A stretch of 32,000 bases of DNA from Pseudidiomarina andamanensis. Lineage in GTDB: Bacteria; Pseudomonadota; Gammaproteobacteria; Enterobacterales; Alteromonadaceae. Below the pieces are notes generated by a model, which saw nothing but the letters and a program-made list of their open reading frames with translations, searched no databases and had not been told where the DNA came from. Each line of letters starts with the position of its first letter. Position 1 is the stretch's first letter. Shown piece by piece: positions 11,501 to 18,984 of the stretch. The stretch covers positions 1,020,001 through 1,052,000 of the forward strand of contig NZ_CP032551.1 of the NCBI RefSeq assembly GCF_009734345.1, written 5' to 3'. Made by a program: the position numbers and the translations under genes.

Positions 11501-11636
11501 CATTCTGTAATGCTATATATGTTGACGAATTATCATGTAAACCGCGCACTGGTGTTGTTTGCGAAGCCGCAGCCACTAATGGCAGTGCTGCGCAAACTGA
11601 CAGTGCCAGTTTACTGAGATGCTTAGTCCCGTTCAT
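8535..11636 (-). CDS. Secreted two-module amidohydrolase-family protein (degenerate N-module, intact C-module, His-rich tail)
   Basis: 1033 aa with signal peptide LALSVCAALPLVAAAS. N-module has ARVIDVSGHTIYPGFIDAYSNYG (no HxH) and GKLAPGYMADFVIAEGD. C-module has TVIDGTGKHVTPGIIDEHSHIA (HSH codons at 9735-9743) and GSIKEGKHADFVIWNG. Confidence 0.8.
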   Translation of the reverse strand: MNGTKHLSKLALSVCAALPLVAAASQTTPVRGLHDNSSTYIALQNATIVTEPGKKLENATLVINNGKVVAVARNNRAPEGARVIDVSGHTIYPGFIDAYSNYGVPAVEKPDRPPYRSATPQYNNKREGGNAANDAIHSQVDWVDKFATDSKAAKDYINQGFTSVQSARLDGIFQGQAVTVSLADTIANNAVYNPRARHFGSFDKGSSLQQYPSSLMGSIALIRQTLSDANWYEQAYGKDAYNMPVEYNAALAELANIESDGVVFKISDDRSLLRANDVFSQFNVPVTYLGSGYEYARLDAIKNTKSPIILPLNFPAAPEVKGVDDHLDVSLADLRHWERAPGNAAALAQADIDFSFTLHELKKADDFWPNLRRAVQHGLDADKALAALTTVPAKIAGVSDKAGKLAPGYMADFVIAEGDLFTNGTIKSVWLQGNEVELTPLHQANFAGTLAVTVANEQAELVLKSGKSISGEFNSNKIRDAKRSDSAVEFVVDANFAGLDGAWRMRLEQASADGFTGVAIAPDGRELPLTASRTATDEKQSDNGATTAAEYVSKVTFPNVAYGLDGLPERQNIHIKNATVWTADEAGVLENTDVLIRDGEFYRIGKDLNTPSGYTVIDGTGKHVTPGIIDEHSHIAIEGGVNEGSEAITSEVRIGDVVNPDDIHIYRSLAGGTTMAQLLHGSANPIGGQAQVIKLRWGADANTLKFDAAPPSIKFALGENVKQSNWGTTFTVRYPQTRMGVEAVMRDGFTAAREYKQRMDAYEKLSRSEKAKTAPPRPDYRLQTLLEILRSERFVHAHSYVQSEILMLIRLAEEFGFTLTTFTHILEGYKVASEMAKHGAGGSTFADWWAFKFEVYDAIPQNACLMSEKGVLTSINSDSNDLQRRLNTEAAKSVTYCGMSEHEALQMITLNPAKQLKIDQYVGSIKEGKHADFVIWNGHPLSAYSSVEETWINARKYFDRERDMQLRAQLETEKQQLIQKLLRSPESARNGNGDGYKKPQPTWHCEDNHDVWSDQFTSHSEHQHVHAHQGEQL

Positions 11637-11762
11637 CTGGTTCCCCTTTTATGATTTTTACGGTTATCATAGCCACATTAATGGGGAACGATCACTTTGC
11701 GCAATCCATTTAAGGATGAAAAGCGTATTGCAGTCGTTAAACAACACAATAAGGAGAACAAC

Positions 11763-12233
11763 ATGAACTCTATGATCAAGGTAGCAGGAAGTTTCTTAAG
11801 TATTGTGGCACTAACTGTATCAGCAAGCGCTTTCGCTCAACATGCGTTTAATGACGCCGACAAAGCCGTTGAATATCGTCAAAAAGCTTTATCGATCATG
11901 CAAAATAACTTTGCTGTCATGGGTGATATGGTGAAAGGTGATATTGAATTCGACGGAACTATCTTTGCTGAACGCGCAAATGATTTTGCTGCGCTGACGA
12001 GTATTCCTTGGATTGGTTTCAGCCAAGAAGGCGCAATGCCGGGGAATAATACCGATGCTTTACCCGCCATTTGGGATAATTGGGAGGATTTTGTTGAGCG
12101 CGCTGAAAAGCTTCAACAAGACGCAAAAGCTCTACAACAAGCTGCTGCTGCCGGCGAGCAAGGGGCTATTCGTGAGGCATTCATGACAGCCGCTCGTAAT
12201 TGCAAGGGCTGCCATGATCAATACAAAGACTAA
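11763..12233 (+). CDS. Cytochrome c-prime (class II c-type cytochrome), periplasmic
   Basis: C-terminal heme motif CKGCH, four-helix-bundle-like sequence, and signal peptide MNSMIKVAGSFLSIVALTVSASAFA. I start at ATG 11763, preceded by AAGGAG, rather than at the upstream ORF-track start. Confidence 0.85.
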   Translation: MNSMIKVAGSFLSIVALTVSASAFAQHAFNDADKAVEYRQKALSIMQNNFAVMGDMVKGDIEFDGTIFAERANDFAALTSIPWIGFSQEGAMPGNNTDALPAIWDNWEDFVERAEKLQQDAKALQQAAAAGEQGAIREAFMTAARNCKGCHDQYKD

Positions 12234-12862
12234 TTAATCCAGAAGAACAACGCAGCAGCGATAAGCGCTGCTGCGATTATTCCAATCAGCCCCGACACTA
12301 ACTTCGGTGCCGCCACGCCGTCGCGATAGCCATGCACCATAGCACTGATAAGATTAATGCCACGTACTCGGTAAAGAAGAATGGCAACGACATGCAAGAT
12401 CACGACAGCGGCAAGAACATTAAAAATAGTTTCATGAACTTCACCCGCAACTTCGCTAAGGTCACTACCCACGCTACTCGCTAAGGGGCCTGAGAAGAAA
12501 ATGTCATCGCTAGCAAACAATCCAGTACCAAACTGCACAAGTAGTAAAAGCAACAATGCTAAAACTGCCCAGCCGCCAGCTGCATTATGGGTGTTCGAAG
12601 GTTGATATTGTCCCGCCTTGAAGTCTTTTAAATGCTCCGCAACAACTTTAGGGCCTTTGATAAAACGCTTAAATCGAGCCGACTCACTCCCCCAAAAACC
12701 CCATAGAATTCGCGTAATGACTAACGCACCTAGTATGCCAGCAAGCTGCAGATGGCGCTCCATGAGCCCCTCTTCTGCGGTGTACCACATGAGTACAACA
12801 AGAATGACCATCAACCAATGGCTTAACCGAACAAAACTATCCCAAATTTTTACTCGTTGCAT
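12230..12862 (-). CDS. Membrane cytochrome b561 / Ni-Fe-hydrogenase b-type cytochrome family protein
   Basis: 210 aa with four predicted TM helices. Conserved His residues occur in RLSHW, MERHL, EVHETIFN and ILHVV contexts typical of the PF01292-type di-heme cytochrome b family. Confidence 0.78.
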   Translation of the reverse strand: MQRVKIWDSFVRLSHWLMVILVVLMWYTAEEGLMERHLQLAGILGALVITRILWGFWGSESARFKRFIKGPKVVAEHLKDFKAGQYQPSNTHNAAGGWAVLALLLLLLVQFGTGLFASDDIFFSGPLASSVGSDLSEVAGEVHETIFNVLAAVVILHVVAILLYRVRGINLISAMVHGYRDGVAAPKLVSGLIGIIAAALIAAALFFWIN

Positions 12863-12920
12863 TTTCAGCGTTCCTTCTGTTCAATACGGTATTATTCTTT
12901 TGCCAGTATAGGTTACAACG

Positions 12921-13301
12921 ATGAGTCATTCAGCGAATAAAGTATTAATTGTTGACGACGATTATATTTCACTCGAAGTTTTACGAGCGATGGTACAACA
13001 GTATCCGGTTGAAGTACTTACCGCCGAGACTGGGAAGGAAGCCATACACTTGGCGATTGAAGAACGCCCAGTATTGGTGTTGCTTGATCACGAATTGCCA
13101 GATATTAACGGAATTGATGTGTACTGCGAAATCGTGACCAAACTCGGCGATGACGCGCCACAAGCGGCCATGATCACGGGTCATCAACACGATGATTTTG
13201 CGCAACGTTGTACTGCCGCAGGCATCAATACGTTCTTACATAAACCGGTAAGCCCAAAGCAGCTAGCTGACTTGCTTCGCATCGCCAGCGACGTCGAGTA
13301 G
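12921..13301 (+). CDS. Stand-alone CheY-like response regulator receiver
   Basis: 126 aa with all canonical receiver residues visible: VLIVDDD, phosphoacceptor in VLLDHELPDINGIDV, MITGH and FLHKP. No output domain. Confidence 0.85.
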   Translation: MSHSANKVLIVDDDYISLEVLRAMVQQYPVEVLTAETGKEAIHLAIEERPVLVLLDHELPDINGIDVYCEIVTKLGDDAPQAAMITGHQHDDFAQRCTAAGINTFLHKPVSPKQLADLLRIASDVE

Positions 13302-14399
13302 GCGCTGACTCTCTGTCAAAAACTTGCCAGCAAAATCACCGAAATAATCACGAACATGCTCAAAACGGTCGGTAAATTGCGATTTTTCACCATTTTCCAG
13401 ATCTGTTAGTAGCTGTTCAAAAAGGCGGACATATCGGCGTAACATCATGAAATTCCGCGGCTCTGATAAAATGATGTCTGCATAGAGATTAGCGTCCTGA
13501 GCGAACAATCGACCTACCATCATTAATTCGAGTCGATAAATTGGTGAGCTCAAATCAAGAAGTTGCTGCACGTCCACTTGCTCTTGTGCTAAGTGCGCAC
13601 CATAAACAAACGTTGATAAATGGCGCAGTACTTGCACGAAAGACATGGCTTGATCGTGCTCAGCAGCATCAATAAATTTAATCTGCGCACCCCAGCGTTC
13701 AATGCTTTGTAACAGCCACTGGTAATTTTCTTCATCACGACCGTGACAAGCCACCATCAGTTGCTTTGCGAGGGTTACTTGTTGAGGGCCGAACATAGGA
13801 TGCAACCCAAGTACAGGGCCACTATGTTTCGCCATCATTGCCGCTAACGGCTTTTCTTTGATACTGGTTACATCGGCAAGCACGCAACTGGGTGGCAACA
13901 CCGGCAATTCAGCAATAACATCAACGGTGGCAATAACCGGAACCGCAATTAGTACGAGATCAGCCTGAGCGCAATAAACCTCAGCCATCTCCCAGTTATC
14001 TTTCTCAATGATATTGACCGTTGCTCCTGCCGATTCAAACAACCTTACAAATAGCCGCCCTAATGCACCAGCGCCGCCAACAATCACTACTGACTTTCTT
14101 TCCAAATGAACATCGGCCGCTTGCTGTTGTTGGTACGATTCTCGAATAACTCGACGTAATACATCTTCAATCAACTCTGGCGACAAGCCCATTTGCTGTG
14201 CTTGCTCACGGCGATTGGCAAGCATAGCGGCTTCGCGCTCAGGCACGAACAAAGGCTGACCTAATTTGCGCTTTACTACACCGACCTGACTGGCGAGTTG
14301 ACGTCGCTGCAATAACAATCGCACCAACTCACTGTCGGTATCGTCAATTTGTTGACGCAACGCTTCCAGTTGTTGTTGTTCGTGCTTCGAATTCGACAT
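13263..14399 (-). CDS. tyrA: Bifunctional chorismate mutase / prephenate dehydrogenase (T-protein)
   Basis: 378 aa. N-terminal chorismate mutase helix (LEALRQQIDDTDSELVRLLLQRRQLASQVG), Rossmann motif VIVGGAGALGRLF, and a prephenate dehydrogenase core. Next to rplS as in E. coli. Confidence 0.92.
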   Translation of the reverse strand: MSNSKHEQQQLEALRQQIDDTDSELVRLLLQRRQLASQVGVVKRKLGQPLFVPEREAAMLANRREQAQQMGLSPELIEDVLRRVIRESYQQQQAADVHLERKSVVIVGGAGALGRLFVRLFESAGATVNIIEKDNWEMAEVYCAQADLVLIAVPVIATVDVIAELPVLPPSCVLADVTSIKEKPLAAMMAKHSGPVLGLHPMFGPQQVTLAKQLMVACHGRDEENYQWLLQSIERWGAQIKFIDAAEHDQAMSFVQVLRHLSTFVYGAHLAQEQVDVQQLLDLSSPIYRLELMMVGRLFAQDANLYADIILSEPRNFMMLRRYVRLFEQLLTDLENGEKSQFTDRFEHVRDYFGDFAGKFLTESQRLLDVAGDAKQVS

Positions 14400-14448
14400 G
14401 TCCTCAACTCCACAGGGCAGTTTGGTGTTATTAACGCATTTGTACCAT

Positions 14449-14476
14449 AAAAAAACCCGCCAGCGGCGGGTTTTTT
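14449..14476 (-). terminator. Intrinsic terminator after rplS (symmetric, A-run/T-run on both sides)
   Basis: AAAAAAA-CCCGCC-AGC-GGCGGG-TTTTTT about 20 nt downstream of the rplS stop. Confidence 0.85.
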
Positions 14477-14495
14477 CGAATAAGCTTGATGCTTA

Positions 14496-14855
14496 TTAAG
14501 ACAACTTCTCGCGGATACGCGCAGATTTACCTGAACGCTCACGAAGATAGTAAAGCTTAGCACGACGTACTGCACCTTTACGCTTCACAACAATGCTGTC
14601 TACAATTGGGCTGTGTACTTGGAAAGTACGCTCAACGCCTTCGCCGTTCGAGATTTTACGAACAGTCACAGCGCTGTGTAAGCCACGATTACGTTTTGCG
14701 ATAACCACGCCTTCAAATGCCTGAATACGCTCACGGTTACCTTCGGTTACCTTAACATTAACGACCACTGTATCACCCGGCGCGTACGCTGGAAGGTCGC
14801 TTTTCAATTGCTCATCTTCGATCGCTTTGATCAAATTTTGGTTTACTTTTGCCAT
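14496..14855 (-). CDS. rplS: 50S ribosomal protein L19
   Basis: 119 aa. [41 protein letters not shown] is nearly identical to E. coli L19. Confidence 0.97.
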   Translation of the reverse strand: MAKVNQNLIKAIEDEQLKSDLPAYAPGDTVVVNVKVTEGNRERIQAFEGVVIAKRNRGLHSAVTVRKISNGEGVERTFQVHSPIVDSIVVKRKGAVRRAKLYYLRERSGKSARIREKLS

Positions 14856-14875
14856 GATAGCCTCACTTGCCTAGA

Positions 14876-15652
14876 TTAACTGCCCGAACCTGTATCAGAA
14901 GCATCTTGATGTTGTTGGATGAACGCATCCAATAACTGCCTCTGCTCGTCAGTCAGAGCTAGGTGTTTTAACAATTCAGGGCGTCGCAACCAAGTTCTCC
15001 CAAGAGATTGCTGCAAACGCCACTTGCGTATATTTTCATGGTTTCCGCTTAACAACACAGCGGGAACCGCCTCACCATCTAAAACTTCTGGGCGTGTATA
15101 GTGTGGGCAATCTAATAAGCCATCGGCAAATGAGTCTTCGCTAGCTGAATCTTGATGTCCTAGAACACCAGGAATCAATCGTGCTACCGTGTCAATCATC
15201 ACCATGGCTGGCAGTTCGCCACCACTTAACACGTAATCTCCAATCGACCATTCTTCATCAACGTGACGAGTAATCACTCGCTCATCAATGCCTTCATAGC
15301 GACCGGCGATTATGATGAACTTGTCATGCTGCGCTAATTCATGAGCGCCAGCGTGATCAAGCTTGCGACCTTGCGGTGACATATAAATCACCTTGGTATT
15401 GGCGCCTAACTGTTGTTTAGCTGCTGCAATCGCATCAGTGAGCGGCTGCACCATCATCAACATTCCCGGACCTCCGCCATAAGGGCGGTCATCAACAGTG
15501 CGATGCCGATCGTGGGTAAAATCGCGAGGGTTAATCAGCTGGATATCCAACACCCCATCACGAACTGCCCGACCAGTCACACCGTTATCGGTAATGGCCT
15601 GAAACATCTCAGGAAAGAGGCTAATAACCCCAACCTGTAATTTTGCAGTCAT
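14876..15652 (-). CDS. trmD: tRNA (guanine37-N1)-methyltransferase
   Basis: Highly similar to E. coli TrmD (ISLFPEMF...[13 protein letters not shown]...[10 protein letters not shown]...[14 protein letters not shown]). I start at MTAKLQ (rc 15650-15652), overlapping the rimM stop as TAATG. Confidence 0.95.
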   Translation of the reverse strand: MTAKLQVGVISLFPEMFQAITDNGVTGRAVRDGVLDIQLINPRDFTHDRHRTVDDRPYGGGPGMLMMVQPLTDAIAAAKQQLGANTKVIYMSPQGRKLDHAGAHELAQHDKFIIIAGRYEGIDERVITRHVDEEWSIGDYVLSGGELPAMVMIDTVARLIPGVLGHQDSASEDSFADGLLDCPHYTRPEVLDGEAVPAVLLSGNHENIRKWRLQQSLGRTWLRRPELLKHLALTDEQRQLLDAFIQQHQDASDTGSGS

Positions 15653-16188
15653 TAAAAGTCCGACGGCCAATCCACAACAATGCGTTTGTTTTCTTTGTCG
15701 ACTTCTTGCACATATTGACTCTGAATAAACGGAATCAAACGCTCTGAGCGACCAAATGCATCATTGCTATTCGCTTTCACCACCATCACATCATTCGATG
15801 CTGTGGCCATAATCTGGTCAACGACTCCCATGTTATAACCGTCAGTATTTACCACGGCCATACCAATCAAATCGCGCCAGTAAAATTCATCCTCTGGCAA
15901 TTCAGGTAGTAGCTCAACATCAATGATGATTTCCGCGCCTGTTAATACATGGGCTTGGTCACGATCTTCAACGCCAGCTAACTTCGCAATCAGTCCTTTA
16001 TTGTGTCGACGCCATTCTTCGACTTGAACCGGTTGAGTTTTACCTTGCTTAATTATTTGCCAAGGGCTGTATTCAAAAATGGCTTCCGGATCATCGGTAT
16101 AACTTTGAACTTTAATCCAGCCTTTTACGCCATACACTGCGCCTAATTGACCAACGACGACGGTTTCAGCAGGAGTATTCATAGCCAC
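15652..16188 (-). CDS. rimM: Ribosome maturation factor RimM
   Basis: 178 aa. [18 protein letters not shown]...[10 protein letters not shown] is typical of RimM. It holds the conserved position between rpsP and trmD. Confidence 0.93.
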   Translation of the reverse strand: MAMNTPAETVVVGQLGAVYGVKGWIKVQSYTDDPEAIFEYSPWQIIKQGKTQPVQVEEWRRHNKGLIAKLAGVEDRDQAHVLTGAEIIIDVELLPELPEDEFYWRDLIGMAVVNTDGYNMGVVDQIMATASNDVMVVKANSNDAFGRSERLIPFIQSQYVQEVDKENKRIVVDWPSDF

Positions 16189-16209
16189 CTATAATACGGA
16201 TTTAAATCA

Positions 16210-16458
16210 TTAAGCTGCGCTACGCGCGTCTTTGACAAGCTTCGCTACACGCTCAGACAGTGATGCACCGTTAGATACCCAGTGATCAACACGATCTAAG
16301 TCAACGCGCAGTTTTTCTTCCTGGCCACGAGCGACCGGGTTGAAGAAGCCTACGTTCTCAATAAAACGACCGTCGCGGGCATTGCGACTGTCAGTAACTA
16401 CCATTTGGTAGAATGGGCGTTTTTTAGCGCCACCACGTTGTAAACGAATGGTTACCAT
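16210..16458 (-). CDS. rpsP: 30S ribosomal protein S16
   Basis: 82 aa. [34 protein letters not shown] is nearly identical to E. coli S16. Confidence 0.97.
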   Translation of the reverse strand: MVTIRLQRGGAKKRPFYQMVVTDSRNARDGRFIENVGFFNPVARGQEEKLRVDLDRVDHWVSNGASLSERVAKLVKDARSAA

Positions 16459-16490
16459 TACGTTCCTCGATACAGTTTCTAATGTTAAGT

Positions 16491-16520
16491 AAATAAAAAG
16501 TCTCCGACCGGGGTCGAAGA
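16491..16520 (-). terminator. Intrinsic terminator-like hairpin between ffh and rpsP
   Basis: Minus-strand RNA reads UCUUCGAC-CCCG-GUCGGAGA followed by CUUUUUAUUU. The stem is fully paired (one G-U) only on the minus strand. Confidence 0.55.
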
Positions 16521-16564
16521 GGTCGTGGAATTTACCCGAAATTTAGTCCGAATGCAAGTTTTTA

Positions 16565-17938
16565 CTAGCCTTTCGGGAACATTCCTGGCGGCAATTTACC
16601 ACCCATTCCGCCAAGGCTGCGCATCATCTTCGCCATGCCGCCGCCTTTCATTTTTTTCATCATTTTTTGCATTTGCATAAATTGCTTCAGCAATTTGTTC
16701 ACGTCTTGAACTTGTGTACCAGAACCAGCAGCGATACGACGTTTACGTGAGCCTTTGATTAAATCAGGGAATTCACGCTCTTTGGGAGTCATTGAATTAA
16801 TAATTGCTTCCATACGAACGGTCATCTTGTCGTCTAGCTGACCTTTCACCTGAGCGGACATCTTGCCCATGCCCGGAAGTTTGTCCATAAGCCCCATCAT
16901 GCCGCCCATGTCACGCATCTGTGCTAATTGGTCGCGGAAATCCTCAAGCGAGAATTTTCCTTCCTTCATGACCTTCTTCGCGACTTTCTCGGCTTTGCTT
17001 CGATCAACTTTGGTTTCCAGCTCATCAATCAGCGATAGCACATCACCCATACCCAAAATGCGCGATGCGATGCGATCGGGATAAAACGGCTCTAACGCTG
17101 TGTTTTTCTCACCAACACCCAAGAATTTAATTGGCTTACCGGTGATATGTCGAATTGATAACGCAGCACCACCGCGCGCATCACCATCGGTTTTCGTCAA
17201 GATGACGCCCGTTAACGGCAATGCTTCACTGAATGCTTTTGCGGTATTCGCGGCATCTTGACCTGTCATCGCGTCAACAACGAATAATGTTTCTACCGGG
17301 TTAATCGCCTGGTGCAATGCTTGAATTTCAGCCATCATGGCTTCATCAATCGCAGTACGACCCGCAGTATCCACTAACACCACGTCGAAGAATTTCTTAC
17401 GTGCGTGATCAATAGCACCTTGCGCTATCGCTACGGGCTTCTGATCTGTGCTTGACGGGAAAAATTCAACTTCTACTTCCGCTGCGAGAGTTTCTAGCTG
17501 CTTAATTGCTGCAGGGCGATAGACGTCCGCGCTCACAACCAGAACTTTCTTCTTCTGTTTTTCGCGTAAGAAACGAGCAAGCTTACCAACACTGGTAGTT
17601 TTACCAGCACCTTGTAAACCAGCCATTAAAATGACCGCTGGTGGCTGCGCCGCTAAATTAATCGGAACGTTACCATCGCCCATGGCATGTTCGAGTTCTT
17701 TTTGAACAATTTTCAAGAACACTTGGCCAGGTGTGAGGCTCTTGTTCACCTCTACACCAAGCGCTTGCTCTTTGACACGACTCACAAACTCACGCACTAC
17801 GGGTAACGCAACGTCGGCTTCCAATAACGCCATACGCACTTCGCGCAGTGTGTCTTTGATATTGTCTTCAGTCAGTCGGCCCCGACCGGTAATGTTTTTC
17901 AACGATTGCGACAATCGTTCGCTTAAGTTCTCAAACAT
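16565..17938 (-). CDS. ffh: Signal recognition particle protein Ffh (SRP54)
   Basis: 457 aa. GTPase motifs GLQGAGKTT, DTAGR and TKTDGD, plus a Met-rich C-terminal M domain. Confidence 0.97.
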   Translation of the reverse strand: MFENLSERLSQSLKNITGRGRLTEDNIKDTLREVRMALLEADVALPVVREFVSRVKEQALGVEVNKSLTPGQVFLKIVQKELEHAMGDGNVPINLAAQPPAVILMAGLQGAGKTTSVGKLARFLREKQKKKVLVVSADVYRPAAIKQLETLAAEVEVEFFPSSTDQKPVAIAQGAIDHARKKFFDVVLVDTAGRTAIDEAMMAEIQALHQAINPVETLFVVDAMTGQDAANTAKAFSEALPLTGVILTKTDGDARGGAALSIRHITGKPIKFLGVGEKNTALEPFYPDRIASRILGMGDVLSLIDELETKVDRSKAEKVAKKVMKEGKFSLEDFRDQLAQMRDMGGMMGLMDKLPGMGKMSAQVKGQLDDKMTVRMEAIINSMTPKEREFPDLIKGSRKRRIAAGSGTQVQDVNKLLKQFMQMQKMMKKMKGGGMAKMMRSLGGMGGKLPPGMFPKG

Positions 17939-18093
17939 GCGAATCTGCTCACTCTCTGTTGGCGATTATATATTGGCTATTTTGAGGATATGGCGGCGAG
18001 TATATCGTAAATCAAGCAAAGTTTCCTGATCCTATTGGGTTTAGCATCGACAATGCATATACTTGAGGAATTGTCACATTCATACACAGTGAA

Positions 18094-18897
18094 ATGATCA
18101 CCACCATGACTATGTTGCTATTACTAAGTGTTGTGTTTTACCTACTTTCAGCCATTTTATTGTGGCGGAATTTAGTGCAGGCGAAACCTGCTTCGTGGAC
18201 ATTGTTAGTCGTGCCTTTACTCGCCATCGTTTCACACCTAGCGGTGCTCTGGGGATATTTAAGAACCGATCATTTTGACCACTTAAATATTACCACTAGT
18301 CTAAGTACTGTCGCGCTGTTACTTGCAAGCTTAACGCTACTGCGTAACCGTCGTGCTGGTGGGTTATTATTGAGCCCAATTATTTATGTTTTTGCAGCCG
18401 TCAGTGTCATTTTAATGGTCGTTAGTCCCGTCAACTGGGGCGCACAACTCAGTGAAGCCAACGGTTTAGTGGTACATATTTTGTTGTCACTTCTAGCTTA
18501 CGCCGTCTTAATGCTTGCCACGTTATATGCCGTACAGCTGCTCTACTTAAACTATGTATTAAAACATCATCGTTCACAGGCCTTAACCGGCTACTTACCA
18601 CCATTGATGACGGTTGAGCGCTATTTCTTCCGCTTATTAAGCGCTGGTACGGTGCTTCTTGCTATCGCGATTGTCAGTGGTTTTGTTTTCTTAAATGACA
18701 TGTTCGCTCAGGGGCAGGCACATAAAACTATTCTCAGCCTTGTTGCCTTTGTTTTGTATGCCATCGTGCTATTCATGCATCAAGTAAAACGAGCACGCGG
18801 TAAAGCATTAGTAACAACCAGTGTCATTGCTAGCGTGATTCTGTCATTAGCTTACTTTGGCAGTCGATTCGTGAAAGATATTATACTTTCGCTGTAG
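18094..18897 (+). CDS. ypjD: CcsA-like cytochrome c assembly family inner membrane protein (YpjD homolog)
   Basis: 267 aa polytopic membrane protein, divergent from ffh and upstream of yfjD exactly as in E. coli. Confidence 0.75.
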   Translation: MITTMTMLLLLSVVFYLLSAILLWRNLVQAKPASWTLLVVPLLAIVSHLAVLWGYLRTDHFDHLNITTSLSTVALLLASLTLLRNRRAGGLLLSPIIYVFAAVSVILMVVSPVNWGAQLSEANGLVVHILLSLLAYAVLMLATLYAVQLLYLNYVLKHHRSQALTGYLPPLMTVERYFFRLLSAGTVLLAIAIVSGFVFLNDMFAQGQAHKTILSLVAFVLYAIVLFMHQVKRARGKALVTTSVIASVILSLAYFGSRFVKDIILSL

Positions 18898-18984
18898 TTA
18901 ACCGCTTAAATGCTATCGAAGTGCTTGACTTGTTAGCCTAGCTGGCTAAATTAGTCGTTCAGTTTTAAGTTATAGGAATTTTTT

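Noticed and set aside
11697-11762. Upstream extension of the cytochrome c-prime ORF (start at 11697)
   Set aside because: The ATG at 11763 is preceded by a strong AAGGAG and yields a standard signal peptide. The extension would place 22 charged residues in front of that signal peptide.
11368-11766. 132-aa plus-strand ORF. Similar long antisense ORFs occur at 4729-5085, 19089-19463, 25053-25475, 26241-26549, 27469-27858, 29830-30153 and 31134-31532.
   Set aside because: All lie antisense or out of frame inside well-supported conserved genes (amidohydrolase, yciH, yfjD, oadB, oadA, alaS). They have Ser/Arg/Cys-rich low-complexity translations typical of shadow ORFs.
14400-14448. TyrR-box-like sequence (GGTACAAATGCGTTAATA) upstream of tyrA
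   Set aside because: It matches only about 8 of 12 positions of TGTAAA-N6-TTTACA, which is too weak to call. I also could not identify a convincing tyrA promoter in the ~50 bp between the rplS terminator and the tyrA start.
14276-14575. 99-aa minus-strand ORF spanning the rplS-tyrA junction
   Set aside because: It is out of frame with both the rplS 3' end and the tyrA 5' end, and reads through the strong intrinsic terminator at 14449-14476. It is spurious.
15653-15670. Six-codon N-terminal extension of trmD (start at 15670)
   Set aside because: It would overlap rimM by 19 nt. The [17 protein letters not shown] start aligns with E. coli TrmD and forms the typical TAATG junction with the rimM stop.
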